Assembly: GCA_030151985.1 (NCBI GenBank)
Contig: JASLDZ010000342.1
Coordinates: 1 to 30,060, forward strand
Reading direction: 5' to 3'
Length of the DNA stretch: 30,060 nt
DNA from: Caulobacteraceae bacterium
GTDB lineage: Bacteria; Pseudomonadota; Alphaproteobacteria; Caulobacterales; Caulobacteraceae
This document shows, piece by piece, positions 7,751 to 17,288 of the stretch. A program made the translations under genes and the position numbers. Under the pieces are notes generated by a model. The model saw only the letters and a list, made by a program, of their open reading frames with translations, ran no database searches and was not told where the DNA came from. Each line of letters opens with the position of its first letter. Position 1 is the stretch's first letter.

Positions 7751-9868
7751 ATGTCGGAGGCGGGCACAAGTACGGCCGGGCCGGCGTCGTACCCACGGGG
7801 CCTGCTGGACTGGGCGGGAAACCGTGGCGGCGGCGTCCGGCGCCTGTTCGACCCCAAGAGCGGGCGGCCGGGCGAAGTCGTGTTCGAGACCAACCTGCTG
7901 CACAGGCTTCGAGGCTGGGTGCAGGGGGTTGCGGCCGGCGAAGCATCCGCGCCGCGGGTGGTCCTTCTTGTCGGCGGCCCCGGCAACGGCAAGACGGAGG
8001 CGGTCGAGGCCGCGACCGAGCAGCTTGACGCGGCGCTGGGGTGCGATGGCGCGCTTCTGTCGGCGCTGTCGGGTGCCTTTCACCCGGCGTCTGGCATCGT
8101 CGACCGGGTTGTTCGGGTGGATGCCGGCGCCCTCGCCAAGCCCGCGCGCTCCCTTGCGCTGAGCGTCGTTGCCGACGCCACCGTGGGGGCGCGGGGCGGG
8201 GAGACTGCCGCCAGCCTCCTCGTGGACGAGCTCGTGTCCGCGGTATCAGCTCCTGACCAGGCCTACCTCTGCTGCGTAAACCGCGGCGTCCTGGACGACG
8301 CGATGATCCATGCGATCGACCATGGCCAATCCGAGGCGCAGGACCTGCTCGAGGAGATTGCGCGTGCGGTGAGCATGGCCCCGGACGCCCCGGCTTGCTG
8401 GCCCCTGGCACGCTTTCCCATGGTTGCCGTCTGGCCGATGGACGCGGAGTCCCTCATTGTCGAGACCGACTTCGGCGACGAACCACCGGCGGCCCAGATC
8501 CTGAAGCGTGCGCTCGACCGGGAACTATGGGGAGAACATGGGGCATGTGTAGCAGGCGAGGCCTGCCCCTTTTGCTCCAGCCGGCGGGTGCTGGACCAGC
8601 CTCGCGAGTCTGCGTCGCTGCTGAAGGTACTGCGTTGGTTCGAGCTAGGCACCAGCAAGCGCTGGGCGTTTCGGGACCTGTTCTCTCTCTTGTCCTACCT
8701 TCTTGCCGGCAGCGGCATGGGGCACGGCAGCCTGTCGGGTGACCCATGCGCCTGGGCGAACAGGCTCGTCGAGGCGGACCGGGAGGCGGCGCTCGGCGGC
8801 CGCCCGCGAAAGGAAACCGCGTCCGCGCTCTACCTGCTCGTCGCCGCCCAGTACCAACATGCGCTCTTTCACCGCTGGGACCGCCGCGTCGCAAGCTCGG
8901 TTCAGAAGGACATCCGCGAGCTTGGGCTGCAGGAGACCAACGCGACCGCGATGGGCCTCTACTACTTCCTCCAGTCCAGGTCCGGCGGCTACGTGCCCCA
9001 GATGATCGCGCCCCTGCTCGACAGCCTGGTGGACCTCCTCGACCCAGCCCAGGCGTCGCCCGACGCCGACGTTCATGCCTGGGGTGGCCCGGTCAAGCTC
9101 GGCGACCTGGACATCCGCTTCAGCCGGTCCGTCCGCGAGGGCCTGGAGTTCGGGGTGTCGAAGCGGCTCCTGTCCCAGAACGAGCGCCAGCTCCTGGATC
9201 GTCTGGCCGAGCTTGACGAGCTCCTTTCCATGCCACGGGTGCGCTCCCGCAAGCCGACCGCCGCGGCCCGCCTGCAGCGTGTCGTGCGGGACTTTTCCTG
9301 CCGCATGGCGCGCCGGAGCGTGGGCGCCCGGCAGGCGATCGTCCCCTCGGCTTCTACGCTCGACGCGTTCCAGCGGGTCGTGGCAGACGCCGACGGCCAT
9401 GGCCACGACCTCAGGGAGATCGCGAACCAGGTCGAGGACCTGCTCAACAACGAGCACAACTTCGACGTCTCGTTGACGACGACCTTCGGGCAGCCGCTGC
9501 CGCCGCCCCGCCGGCGGGCGACCCTGGTGGTCGCGCGGCGCCGGGTGGCCCCGCGCTCGGTGGCGGAACAGGGCCGCCCCAGGCCCTCGATCTGCTTCCT
9601 CGACGTCGAGGTCGGTCTTGGTGAGCAGCCCGTGGCCCTGACCTACGAGTTGTTCAAGGCGGTCTCGGAGCTGGACAGCGGCTTGTCGCCCGCGTCGCTG
9701 CCGGGCAGCGTGCTTGCTCTGCTAGACACGACCCGTGCGCGGATGGCCGGCTGGATTGTCCGCGACCGGGATGTCCGCGAGCGACCGACGATCAACCTCG
9801 GGGAGGGCACGGTGGTCGAGCGCCACCGAGGCCGCTTTGTCTCGGCCAAGCGGGGTGGTCGCCGGTGA
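7751..9868 (+). CDS. DndF/SspF-like P-loop NTPase (705 aa)
   Basis: Start re-called at ATG 7751, 5 nt after the MTase stop. Walker A GGPGNGKT (7973-7996), VVADAT and CVNRGVL resemble the DAT and IN.G.L motifs I recall from DndF. Cys cluster CVAGEACPFC. Family is inferred from motifs and position. Confidence 0.72.
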   Translation: MSEAGTSTAGPASYPRGLLDWAGNRGGGVRRLFDPKSGRPGEVVFETNLLHRLRGWVQGVAAGEASAPRVVLLVGGPGNGKTEAVEAATEQLDAALGCDGALLSALSGAFHPASGIVDRVVRVDAGALAKPARSLALSVVADATVGARGGETAASLLVDELVSAVSAPDQAYLCCVNRGVLDDAMIHAIDHGQSEAQDLLEEIARAVSMAPDAPACWPLARFPMVAVWPMDAESLIVETDFGDEPPAAQILKRALDRELWGEHGACVAGEACPFCSSRRVLDQPRESASLLKVLRWFELGTSKRWAFRDLFSLLSYLLAGSGMGHGSLSGDPCAWANRLVEADREAALGGRPRKETASALYLLVAAQYQHALFHRWDRRVASSVQKDIRELGLQETNATAMGLYYFLQSRSGGYVPQMIAPLLDSLVDLLDPAQASPDADVHAWGGPVKLGDLDIRFSRSVREGLEFGVSKRLLSQNERQLLDRLAELDELLSMPRVRSRKPTAAARLQRVVRDFSCRMARRSVGARQAIVPSASTLDAFQRVVADADGHGHDLREIANQVEDLLNNEHNFDVSLTTTFGQPLPPPRRRATLVVARRRVAPRSVAEQGRPRPSICFLDVEVGLGEQPVALTYELFKAVSELDSGLSPASLPGSVLALLDTTRARMAGWIVRDRDVRERPTINLGEGTVVERHRGRFVSAKRGGRR

Positions 9869-11406
9869 GCCTCGCGGACTTTAAGTCGTCGCCCTGGGCA
9901 CGGAGCCATGCCGCCTATCGCGGCGCGGCGCTCTCGATGAACCCAGCCCCGGAATACGCCAACTCCGAGGTGCTGGTCGCCGGCCTTTACCGGACGATCG
10001 GCGGCTTCGGCGCCGGGCCGCTGGAGACGATTAGCGAGGGGCGAGTCCCGCAGCGCGGGCGCGACCTCGAGAAGGCCGTCGCCAATAGCCGCGACAAGGG
10101 GAAGAAGCCCGAGGCGGCCGCGCTCGACGGCGAAGGCGTACACGGGTTGCTGCACAGCGTGCTGGAAAGCCCGAAGCTTCCGAACCAGTCCAAGAAACGA
10201 TTCCTGCAGGTGACGCCGCTGGTGGGCGAGGCAGCGTCCTTCTCCGGCTCGGCGCGGCTGGCGGGTAACCCCTGGCCGGCCGGCTCGCTGGTCCGCCAGA
10301 TGGTCTGGCAAGGCTCGGCCGAGCCGATGGCCGCCGCGGATACCTGGGCGCGCCTATCGGATAGCCTCCAGGTCGGCGACGACGACGACGTCTTCGCGAG
10401 GTTCCTCCGGGACGAGCTCGCTGCCTGGACAGGCGAGCCCTGGACGGCGCAGCCCGCCGAGCCCGTTCCAGAGGAGTGCGCCTGCTTGCCGCCTGGCGAG
10501 CTCGACAGGCTGGCCTCGCCAGCGCGGCAGTTTTGCGTGGACCTGGACGCGGTCATCGCCGCCAAGTCGGTGATGACGCGTCGCCAGTGGTCGAGCTTGC
10601 TGGAGGCGCTCGTCAGGATTTCCGCCGTCGCCCACGTCGCGTGGCTTTGCGAGGTCCATCGGCGGCTATGGGACTTGGTCAGGGCCGTCCTTGCCGGCGC
10701 GACACCGCCCGAGGACGTGCGGGCGGCGATCTACCCCCGCGCGCTTACATACCTGACCTACGGGGTTGGGTCGGTCCCGGAGCTGCGCGACCGGACGTCG
10801 ACCTACCTCGCCGCGCGCCTGGGCCTCAACGCGGTGCTCTGGAGCCTTGACGACCTCGGCACGCCGTTCCCGGGCAAGCTCTCGTCCGCTTCGGATGTCG
10901 GTCGCCTGCTGGAGGCGGTCGCCGCGAAGCGCGGCCAGCTTCCCGAGCTGATGGCCGTCGTTGCCGACCTCATGGACCGCGAGGCCCGCACGCTCCATTG
11001 CCGCAGGGGCGTTGGGTCCAACGTGATGGAGTTCGCCCGACACGTCCTCTACCAGCGCGCGGCCGCCAACCCCATCCTGCGGGGCTACGACCAGGGCTAC
11101 GTCCTGCGCAGGCGAAGCGCCGCCCAGAACAGCACCTGGATCTGCGCGCCCGGTCCCGTCGCCATCCTGATGCTCGTCCACTGCTCCCTGGCCAAGCTGG
11201 CGGGGCCAAGGTCCGTCCATCGCCTCGCCCAGCACATGGCCGAGTACGGCATCGTGGTCGACCACAAGAAGATCGCCTCGAACGAGCTCGGCGCTCAGCT
11301 GCGTATGCTGGGGCTCGTCCTCGACAGCCCGGACGCGGAGAGCGGCATGCTCCTGGTGCCGCCCTTCCCGCAGGTGCGCGTAGCCCGTGACGGGGGACGG
11401 ACGTGA
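9865..11406 (+). CDS. DndG/SspG-like protein (513 aa)
   Basis: GTGA overlaps with both neighbours. C-terminus HRLAQHMAEYGIVVD...LRMLGLVLDSPDAESGMLLVPPF resembles the winged-helix-like C-terminus of DndG-type proteins. Size and position fit. Confidence 0.65.
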   Translation: MSLADFKSSPWARSHAAYRGAALSMNPAPEYANSEVLVAGLYRTIGGFGAGPLETISEGRVPQRGRDLEKAVANSRDKGKKPEAAALDGEGVHGLLHSVLESPKLPNQSKKRFLQVTPLVGEAASFSGSARLAGNPWPAGSLVRQMVWQGSAEPMAAADTWARLSDSLQVGDDDDVFARFLRDELAAWTGEPWTAQPAEPVPEECACLPPGELDRLASPARQFCVDLDAVIAAKSVMTRRQWSSLLEALVRISAVAHVAWLCEVHRRLWDLVRAVLAGATPPEDVRAAIYPRALTYLTYGVGSVPELRDRTSTYLAARLGLNAVLWSLDDLGTPFPGKLSSASDVGRLLEAVAAKRGQLPELMAVVADLMDREARTLHCRRGVGSNVMEFARHVLYQRAAANPILRGYDQGYVLRRRSAAQNSTWICAPGPVAILMLVHCSLAKLAGPRSVHRLAQHMAEYGIVVDHKKIASNELGAQLRMLGLVLDSPDAESGMLLVPPFPQVRVARDGGRT

Positions 11407-14400
11407 GGCGCCTCCAGGATTGGGTCGCCGAGGTCGTCAGGACCCGGATACATGAGGCGTCCAGCGGTGCTGCGCTCGAGACGCGGCTGATCTTCCACGG
11501 CCCGCCCCTGGAGATCCTCGAGGGCGTCTTCGAGCGGCTGATGGCAGGCGCCGCGCCGGCGCTGCCCGTCCTGCTGCAGGTTCCGCAACTGCCCGAGGGG
11601 GCCAGCAACCCGCCGAGCGGCGGCTCGGGTCGCTGCGACGAAGCCCACCTGCTGGACCTGCGCAATTCCCCACAGGCCTCCAGCTACCTCGCGCTTGTCC
11701 CGCCCGGCCAGCACGCGATCCGGTCCGTCACCTCGACCACAGATGAATTCGGGATGCTGGCTGCCAGCAATGGCGCGAACGTCGACTTCGACGACTGGTG
11801 GGCCGATCCCTTCCTGCAGGCCGCGATCGACCACGTCCTCGTCGAGTCAGGGCTCGAGGGAAACCAGCTGGACGACGCACGGGACCTCATCGCGCGCGCC
11901 GCGCGGGCCTTCGACGGCGTCGAAGTCGAGCAGGGCCGCCGGCAGTCCGCATGGCGGCTCGTGGCGCGCGCATTCGAGGCGACGGCCGACCCGGCCCAAT
12001 CGGCCAAGCGCCTTGCGCTGGCGTGTGGCATGCCGTCCACGCCGACTGGCAAGTTGGCCGCGGGGCAACAGGTTGCGATCCTCAATGGCGTGGCTAGCGC
12101 GCTCTCCGATGGCTTCTCCACTGGGCTCGCCCCGGCAAGGGAGGCGGCGAGCCCGGAGCAACAAGGCTGGCTCGACGCCTTCCTCGAACACATCCGCGCA
12201 ACGTGCTCGGTCCCTACCGCACTCGAGCGGTCCGCCCAGGCCTTCTACGCGCCGGCGGCTGGCCTCGAGGTGGAGGAGCCGCCGCCCTGGTGGAGCGGGC
12301 TCGACACCGACGTTTGGGCGGAGCTGCTCGATGACGAGCCGGAGATCATCGGCGACATCCGGATCGAATGCGCCAACCCGCTGTTGCCTCCGTCGCGCGG
12401 CGTCCCGTTGCTCGTGGCCGGGCCTGTCGAGCTATCCATCAGCGCGGGAAAGGATGATGGCGGTCCAGTCGACGTTGTCGTCGAGCGGTCGCCTGGGCGT
12501 TCGTCGGGTGGGTTCCCTGCCGCGCTCTTGATCGAGGGGAGCGGCGAGCTGCTGGACGCGGTGCCGCCCCCCCACAAGGCCCCGCTGCAGTATAAGGCCA
12601 GCGCCGATGGCTTCAGGACGGCGTCGGCGAAGGTCGTCTCGCTGGCGTCCTGGGCGCCTGGGATCTTTGTCGGGTGCCGGAATGCCCGGAAGGTCGTCGC
12701 GCCCAAGGCCCCATCCCGCAAGACGAGGGGCGCCAACTGGGAGGCGACCGTCACCCTACCTGGCCCGGGCCGCTACGAATTGCTGGCGTTCCTCTCCCCG
12801 GGATCGCAGCTAGCCGGCACCGCCACGGGCGTCGCCGGGGGAGAGGGGAGTAGCGAGGACCCAGTCGCGATCACGCCCCGGGAGGTCCAGCCGGACCTCC
12901 ATACCCTCGAGGTCGAAGTCGACGGGTCCTACCAGGTCGACTTGCCGTTTAGCCGCAACGGGCCGGACGGGAAGGTGGTGGTGGAGTCCTGCCGGATCTT
13001 CCTGTCGTGCGACGACGTGGTGGAGGAGGGTTGCAGCAGCGAGTTCGAGCGGCTGATCATGGTCAACCGGCGCCAGGTCCACCCGGCGGGCGCCAAGCCG
13101 GTCGTGCAACTCAACCGGAACGCCAGGACGAGCACGCTTCAGGGCTGGCTGCTCCAGGCGGAGTCCGTCGAGCGGTCCTTCCTGCCCGTGGTTCTTGCGA
13201 ACGACTATGGCGACCACTGGGTGCAGCCGGACTGGGGCGACGAGGCAGGCCGTATCCTCTCTGCTGGCCGCTACCTGAAGGACCCGAGGCCGCCGGCCAG
13301 CGACTTCGCGCCGACGAGGAAGTTCCTCGATGCCCGCGTGGAAATCGCCAGGCTTATCCGCGGCGGCGACGACCAGTCGGGGCTGATCGAGGCCGCACCC
13401 CTTGGTGAATGGCTCCGGCAGGACGCCAGCTTCCAGGCCGTCGTCGAGGACTACCTCGATGCGTACATGGCGTGGCTTGCGACAAGCCCGGAGGTTGCCT
13501 CGTGGTGCGACGTCGTCGCAATCGCCACCCTGGAGCCGGGGGGGCGGACCCTGGCCCGGGTGCCAGACGCCATCCTCCTGTCCCCGCTCCACCCGATGCG
13601 GCTCGCGTGGCATGCGCTTGCCCAACGGTTGCTGGACGACGCGGCGCTGAGCGCCATCCCCTGTCCCGCCGCGGGCATCCTCGACCCCGGCGCCGCGCCC
13701 GACATCCTGCACATGCCCTTGGCCTCGCCCGAGGGCATCGACACCGTCCCCTACCTGTCGGTGGAGTCGAACAGCGACTACTGGTCGGTTCTCTGGAACG
13801 GGCGTCGCCTCGCCGCGCTGCCGGAGCGCTCCCGCCTTGCGCCCTTCGGTGCGACCCTCGGGATCACGGTCGGTGGTATCTCCGCGGGCTTTAGCGCGGG
13901 ACAGGTCGCCCGTGCTCTCGACGACGTCTCGAATGTCCTTTGCGCCAAGCCGCAGCTCAGCGTGGCCATTGGCAGCGCCGGCGGCGCCACGGATGCCTGC
14001 AACCAGGGCTTGATCGACTGGTCGACCCAGCGCTACGCCGAGGTGGACAAGGCGCCCCGGCTGGCGGCGACAGGTCCTCGCCGACTGGACGTGCTGGACC
14101 TACGCGAGGAGGCCTTCCGGCCCGACGACGCGATGATCGCCAACCTGTCGGAGGACACCGCCAACCACGTCCGCTGGTTCTCGCGGCATCCGGAGGGGAA
14201 GAGCCTCGACCTTGGCATCATCGCCCAGCTCGACTCATCCGAGCCCGACACGTCCGAGACGACGACACGGTCCGCGCTTGGAGCTGGTGGCCTGCTGCGT
14301 GGGCGCATCCGGCGGCAGCTGCCGGGCGCCTTCCTGAACGAATCCCGGCAATCACGACCCGCCGAGCCGACCGGCGAGCCCCTCGCGGACAAGGTGGCGG

Positions 14401-16850
14401 GCTGCCTGGCCCAGCTCGAGACCTCGGCCGGCGCGACACTTGGCCTTCGCTTCGCCCCAAATGTCCATGCGATCAGCGATATGCTCGAGGAGCGGAAGGC
14501 TGACTTCGTCGCCGTTTCCTCCTCGGCGATCGACCCGGCGTGCTTCCTTGGCGGCTGGCTTCCCCAGTCCTACCTCTGGGACTACGACCTGCCCTCGTAC
14601 TCCCAGCGGGCAGGGGACACGAACGGCTACTACCTGCTGTCGCGCGTAAAGCCGTCGGACAAGGACGGCATCCGGCGCGTGCTGGCACGGCTCCCAGGAT
14701 GCGAGCACCTCCCGGATGCGCAAGTCGAGGCCATCCTCCTGGAGGTGGCCCGCCGCGGAATCCCCACGATCCGTGGCCTCTCCGGCGACAACACGGGTGC
14801 CACGGGCGACCTTGGGCTGTTCGTCGCCGCGCGGATGCTTCAGGATCGGTTCCGGATCGCAACCAGCGCCGATAGCCTCGCGCCTGTCGTCGCCGGCACG
14901 GCAGACGAGCCGTCGGTGACCCTGGTCGTGCCGGTCGATCCGTTCCGGAGCCACCTCGACGACCTGTCGCGCGCCCTGTCGAGGGACCGGGCCAGCGACA
15001 GCAGCTTAGCGAGGCCGGACCTCTTAGTCGCCTCCATGGCCTTTGGCCAGGGCGGCGTCGCCGTGAAGCTTACGCCCGTCGAGGTGAAGTGCCGCCTCGG
15101 CAGCGTGTTCTCGACGGCGGAAGCGAAGGAAGCGCTGGGCCAGGCCCAGTCGCTGTCCAAACTCCTGGAGAAGCTGTCGACGCACGGTGAGCGCCTCTCG
15201 GCCTGGCGACTGGCCTACCAGCACCTGCTGCTCTCGATCGTCGGCTTCGGCATGCGGGTCTATAGCCAGCACGAGGACCTTGCCGGGTCAGCCGCGGACT
15301 GGTCCGTGCTCCATGAGCGAGTGGCCGCTGCGATCCTTGCGGACGACGGCTGCGTGACGGTCGATCCCCATGGCCGCCTGATCGTCGTGGATGACTCCCC
15401 CATCAGCAATGCGGTCGACCGGGACAGCGACGGGTTCGAGGAGATCATCGTGATCGGCAAGGCCGACGCGGGGAGGGTGGTCGGCGGGGATGCGCAGGCG
15501 TTCTACGACAGCGTGCGGGCGAAGGTTGGCGATTGGGCCCTGCCTCCCGCAGCCCGCGGCCCAGCCCTGGCCGAGGAGGCGAGCTCGCCGCCGACGAGCG
15601 AAGCCCCGCCGACATTGGGGCATGGCGAGGCCGAGGCTGTCGCGCACCCCGAGGAAGCCGACTTGGCCACGCCCGCCCCGGCGCCCGAGGCGGCGGGTGG
15701 AGCCCGGCCGGAAGAACCAGAGCCCGACCAGGGCCTAGGCGTCATGCTCCGGGTCGGCACGACGGTTGACGGCTTCGAGAAGCGCCGGGTCACGCTGTCG
15801 GTCTCGGACACCCGGATGAACCAGCTCAACATGGGCGTGGTCGGCGACCTCGGGACGGGCAAGACCCAGCTCTTGAAGTCGATCGTCCACCAGCTGGCGT
15901 CGTCCGGGCCGCGGAACCGTGGCATTCGCCCGCGGATCCTCATATTCGACTACAAGCGCGACTACAGCACCCCCGACTTCGTCGCCGCGACTGGGGCAAA
16001 GGTGGTCAAGCCGCAGCGGCTTCCGCTGAACCTCTTCGACACGAGCACGCTTGGGGAGTCGATGGCTCCGTGGCTCGACCGGTTCAGGTTCTTCGCGGAC
16101 GTCCTGGACAAGATCTACTCGGGCATCGGGCCCGTGCAGCGCGACAAGCTCAAGCGGGCGGTCAAGTCGGCATATGACGCCACGTCGGGCGCGCCGACCA
16201 TCTTCGACGTCCATGCGGCCTACGCCGAGATCCTGGACGGGAAGGCGGACTCGCCCATGTCGATCATCGACGACCTGGTCGATATGGAGGTCTTCGAGCG
16301 AGATCCCCGGAAATGCTTGCCCTTCGACGAGTTCCTAGATGGTGTAGTGGTCGTGTCGCTGGACGCATTCGGGCAGGACGACCGCAGCAAGAACATGCTC
16401 GTGGCAGTGATGCTGAACATGTTCTACGAGAACATGCTCCGTACGCCGAAGCGTCCCTTCGTCGGGACCAGCCCCCAGCTCCGCGCCATCGACTCCTACC
16501 TCTTGGTCGACGAGGCGGATAACATCATGCGCTACGAGTTCGACGTGCTCCGCAAGCTGCTATTGCAGGGCCGCGAGTTCGGATGCGGCGTGATCCTGGC
16601 GTCCCAATACCTCCGCCACTTCAAGGTCAACGCGACCGACTACCGAGAGCCGCTGCTCACGTGGTTCATCCACAAGGTGCCGAACATCACCGCCGCCGAG
16701 CTTTCTACCCTGGGGCTCGCGGCGTCCGCCGCCGAAGTTGCCGAGCGCATCAAGTCGCTCGGCAACCACCAGTGCCTTTACAAGTCTTTCGACTGCCCCG
16801 GGCAAGTTGTGCGCGGGTTGCCCTTCTACGAGCTCGTCGCGGGGGGGTAG
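11403..16850 (+). CDS. DndH/SspH-like protein: PD-(D/E)xK nuclease plus C-terminal HerA/FtsK-type ATPase (1815 aa)
   Basis: RPDLLV...PVEVKCR nuclease-like motif (D1206, E1227, K1229); Walker A GDLGTGKT (15843-15866), IFDYKRDY, Walker B LLVDEAD and QGREFGCGVILASQ. Confidence 0.8.
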   Translation: MRRLQDWVAEVVRTRIHEASSGAALETRLIFHGPPLEILEGVFERLMAGAAPALPVLLQVPQLPEGASNPPSGGSGRCDEAHLLDLRNSPQASSYLALVPPGQHAIRSVTSTTDEFGMLAASNGANVDFDDWWADPFLQAAIDHVLVESGLEGNQLDDARDLIARAARAFDGVEVEQGRRQSAWRLVARAFEATADPAQSAKRLALACGMPSTPTGKLAAGQQVAILNGVASALSDGFSTGLAPAREAASPEQQGWLDAFLEHIRATCSVPTALERSAQAFYAPAAGLEVEEPPPWWSGLDTDVWAELLDDEPEIIGDIRIECANPLLPPSRGVPLLVAGPVELSISAGKDDGGPVDVVVERSPGRSSGGFPAALLIEGSGELLDAVPPPHKAPLQYKASADGFRTASAKVVSLASWAPGIFVGCRNARKVVAPKAPSRKTRGANWEATVTLPGPGRYELLAFLSPGSQLAGTATGVAGGEGSSEDPVAITPREVQPDLHTLEVEVDGSYQVDLPFSRNGPDGKVVVESCRIFLSCDDVVEEGCSSEFERLIMVNRRQVHPAGAKPVVQLNRNARTSTLQGWLLQAESVERSFLPVVLANDYGDHWVQPDWGDEAGRILSAGRYLKDPRPPASDFAPTRKFLDARVEIARLIRGGDDQSGLIEAAPLGEWLRQDASFQAVVEDYLDAYMAWLATSPEVASWCDVVAIATLEPGGRTLARVPDAILLSPLHPMRLAWHALAQRLLDDAALSAIPCPAAGILDPGAAPDILHMPLASPEGIDTVPYLSVESNSDYWSVLWNGRRLAALPERSRLAPFGATLGITVGGISAGFSAGQVARALDDVSNVLCAKPQLSVAIGSAGGATDACNQGLIDWSTQRYAEVDKAPRLAATGPRRLDVLDLREEAFRPDDAMIANLSEDTANHVRWFSRHPEGKSLDLGIIAQLDSSEPDTSETTTRSALGAGGLLRGRIRRQLPGAFLNESRQSRPAEPTGEPLADKVAGCLAQLETSAGATLGLRFAPNVHAISDMLEERKADFVAVSSSAIDPACFLGGWLPQSYLWDYDLPSYSQRAGDTNGYYLLSRVKPSDKDGIRRVLARLPGCEHLPDAQVEAILLEVARRGIPTIRGLSGDNTGATGDLGLFVAARMLQDRFRIATSADSLAPVVAGTADEPSVTLVVPVDPFRSHLDDLSRALSRDRASDSSLARPDLLVASMAFGQGGVAVKLTPVEVKCRLGSVFSTAEAKEALGQAQSLSKLLEKLSTHGERLSAWRLAYQHLLLSIVGFGMRVYSQHEDLAGSAADWSVLHERVAAAILADDGCVTVDPHGRLIVVDDSPISNAVDRDSDGFEEIIVIGKADAGRVVGGDAQAFYDSVRAKVGDWALPPAARGPALAEEASSPPTSEAPPTLGHGEAEAVAHPEEADLATPAPAPEAAGGARPEEPEPDQGLGVMLRVGTTVDGFEKRRVTLSVSDTRMNQLNMGVVGDLGTGKTQLLKSIVHQLASSGPRNRGIRPRILIFDYKRDYSTPDFVAATGAKVVKPQRLPLNLFDTSTLGESMAPWLDRFRFFADVLDKIYSGIGPVQRDKLKRAVKSAYDATSGAPTIFDVHAAYAEILDGKADSPMSIIDDLVDMEVFERDPRKCLPFDEFLDGVVVVSLDAFGQDDRSKNMLVAVMLNMFYENMLRTPKRPFVGTSPQLRAIDSYLLVDEADNIMRYEFDVLRKLLLQGREFGCGVILASQYLRHFKVNATDYREPLLTWFIHKVPNITAAELSTLGLAASAAEVAERIKSLGNHQCLYKSFDCPGQVVRGLPFYELVAGG

Positions 16851-16859
16851 AAATCGGGA

Positions 16860-17288
16860 ATGGCCGACTTCCTCACGCCAGCCGAGCGGTCGCGGCGGAT
16901 GGCTAGTATCCGGTCGAAGGACACCAAGCCGGAGCTTTCGCTGAGGCGCGAACTGCACCGCCTTGGTCTCCGCTACACGCTCGGGAATAAGAAGCTCCCG
17001 GGCAAGCCGGATCTCGTCTTCCCCCGCCATCGGGCGGTGATCTTCGTCCACGGGTGCTTCTGGCATCGCCACGCGGGATGCCCGATCTGCACGACACCGA
17101 AGTCGAACACACCCTTCTGGCAGGAAAAGTTCGATCGCAACGTCGCCCGCGACGCCCGCGTCACCAGTGAGCTCCAGGCCCGGGGCTGGCGGGTGCTCGT
17201 CGCCTGGGAGTGTGGCCTCCAGTCCGGGGTCAGGTCCAAGGACACGGCGGCGCAGCTCGCTGGGGCCATACGGTCCGCGGCGGACTAG
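16860..17288 (+). CDS. vsr: very short patch repair endonuclease
   Basis: D.LT...RSRRMASIRSKDTKPE, LPGKPDLVF, FVHGCFWHRH, FWQEKFDRNVARD and GWRVLVAWEC. Confidence 0.96.
   Translation: MADFLTPAERSRRMASIRSKDTKPELSLRRELHRLGLRYTLGNKKLPGKPDLVFPRHRAVIFVHGCFWHRHAGCPICTTPKSNTPFWQEKFDRNVARDARVTSELQARGWRVLVAWECGLQSGVRSKDTAAQLAGAIRSAAD

Noticed and set aside
6474..17288. Assignment to DISARM class 2, BREX or a plain Type II R-M system
   Set aside because: No SF2 helicase (DrmA), DUF1998, PLD, PglZ or PglX motifs are seen, and there is no small REase. Gene sizes and motifs fit an FGH-like module better.
17285..17288. vsr and the GHKL-HNH gene share one CTAG that gives TAG stops on both strands
   Set aside because: Real, but a common 4-bp convergent overlap; not evidence by itself that the two genes belong to one system.
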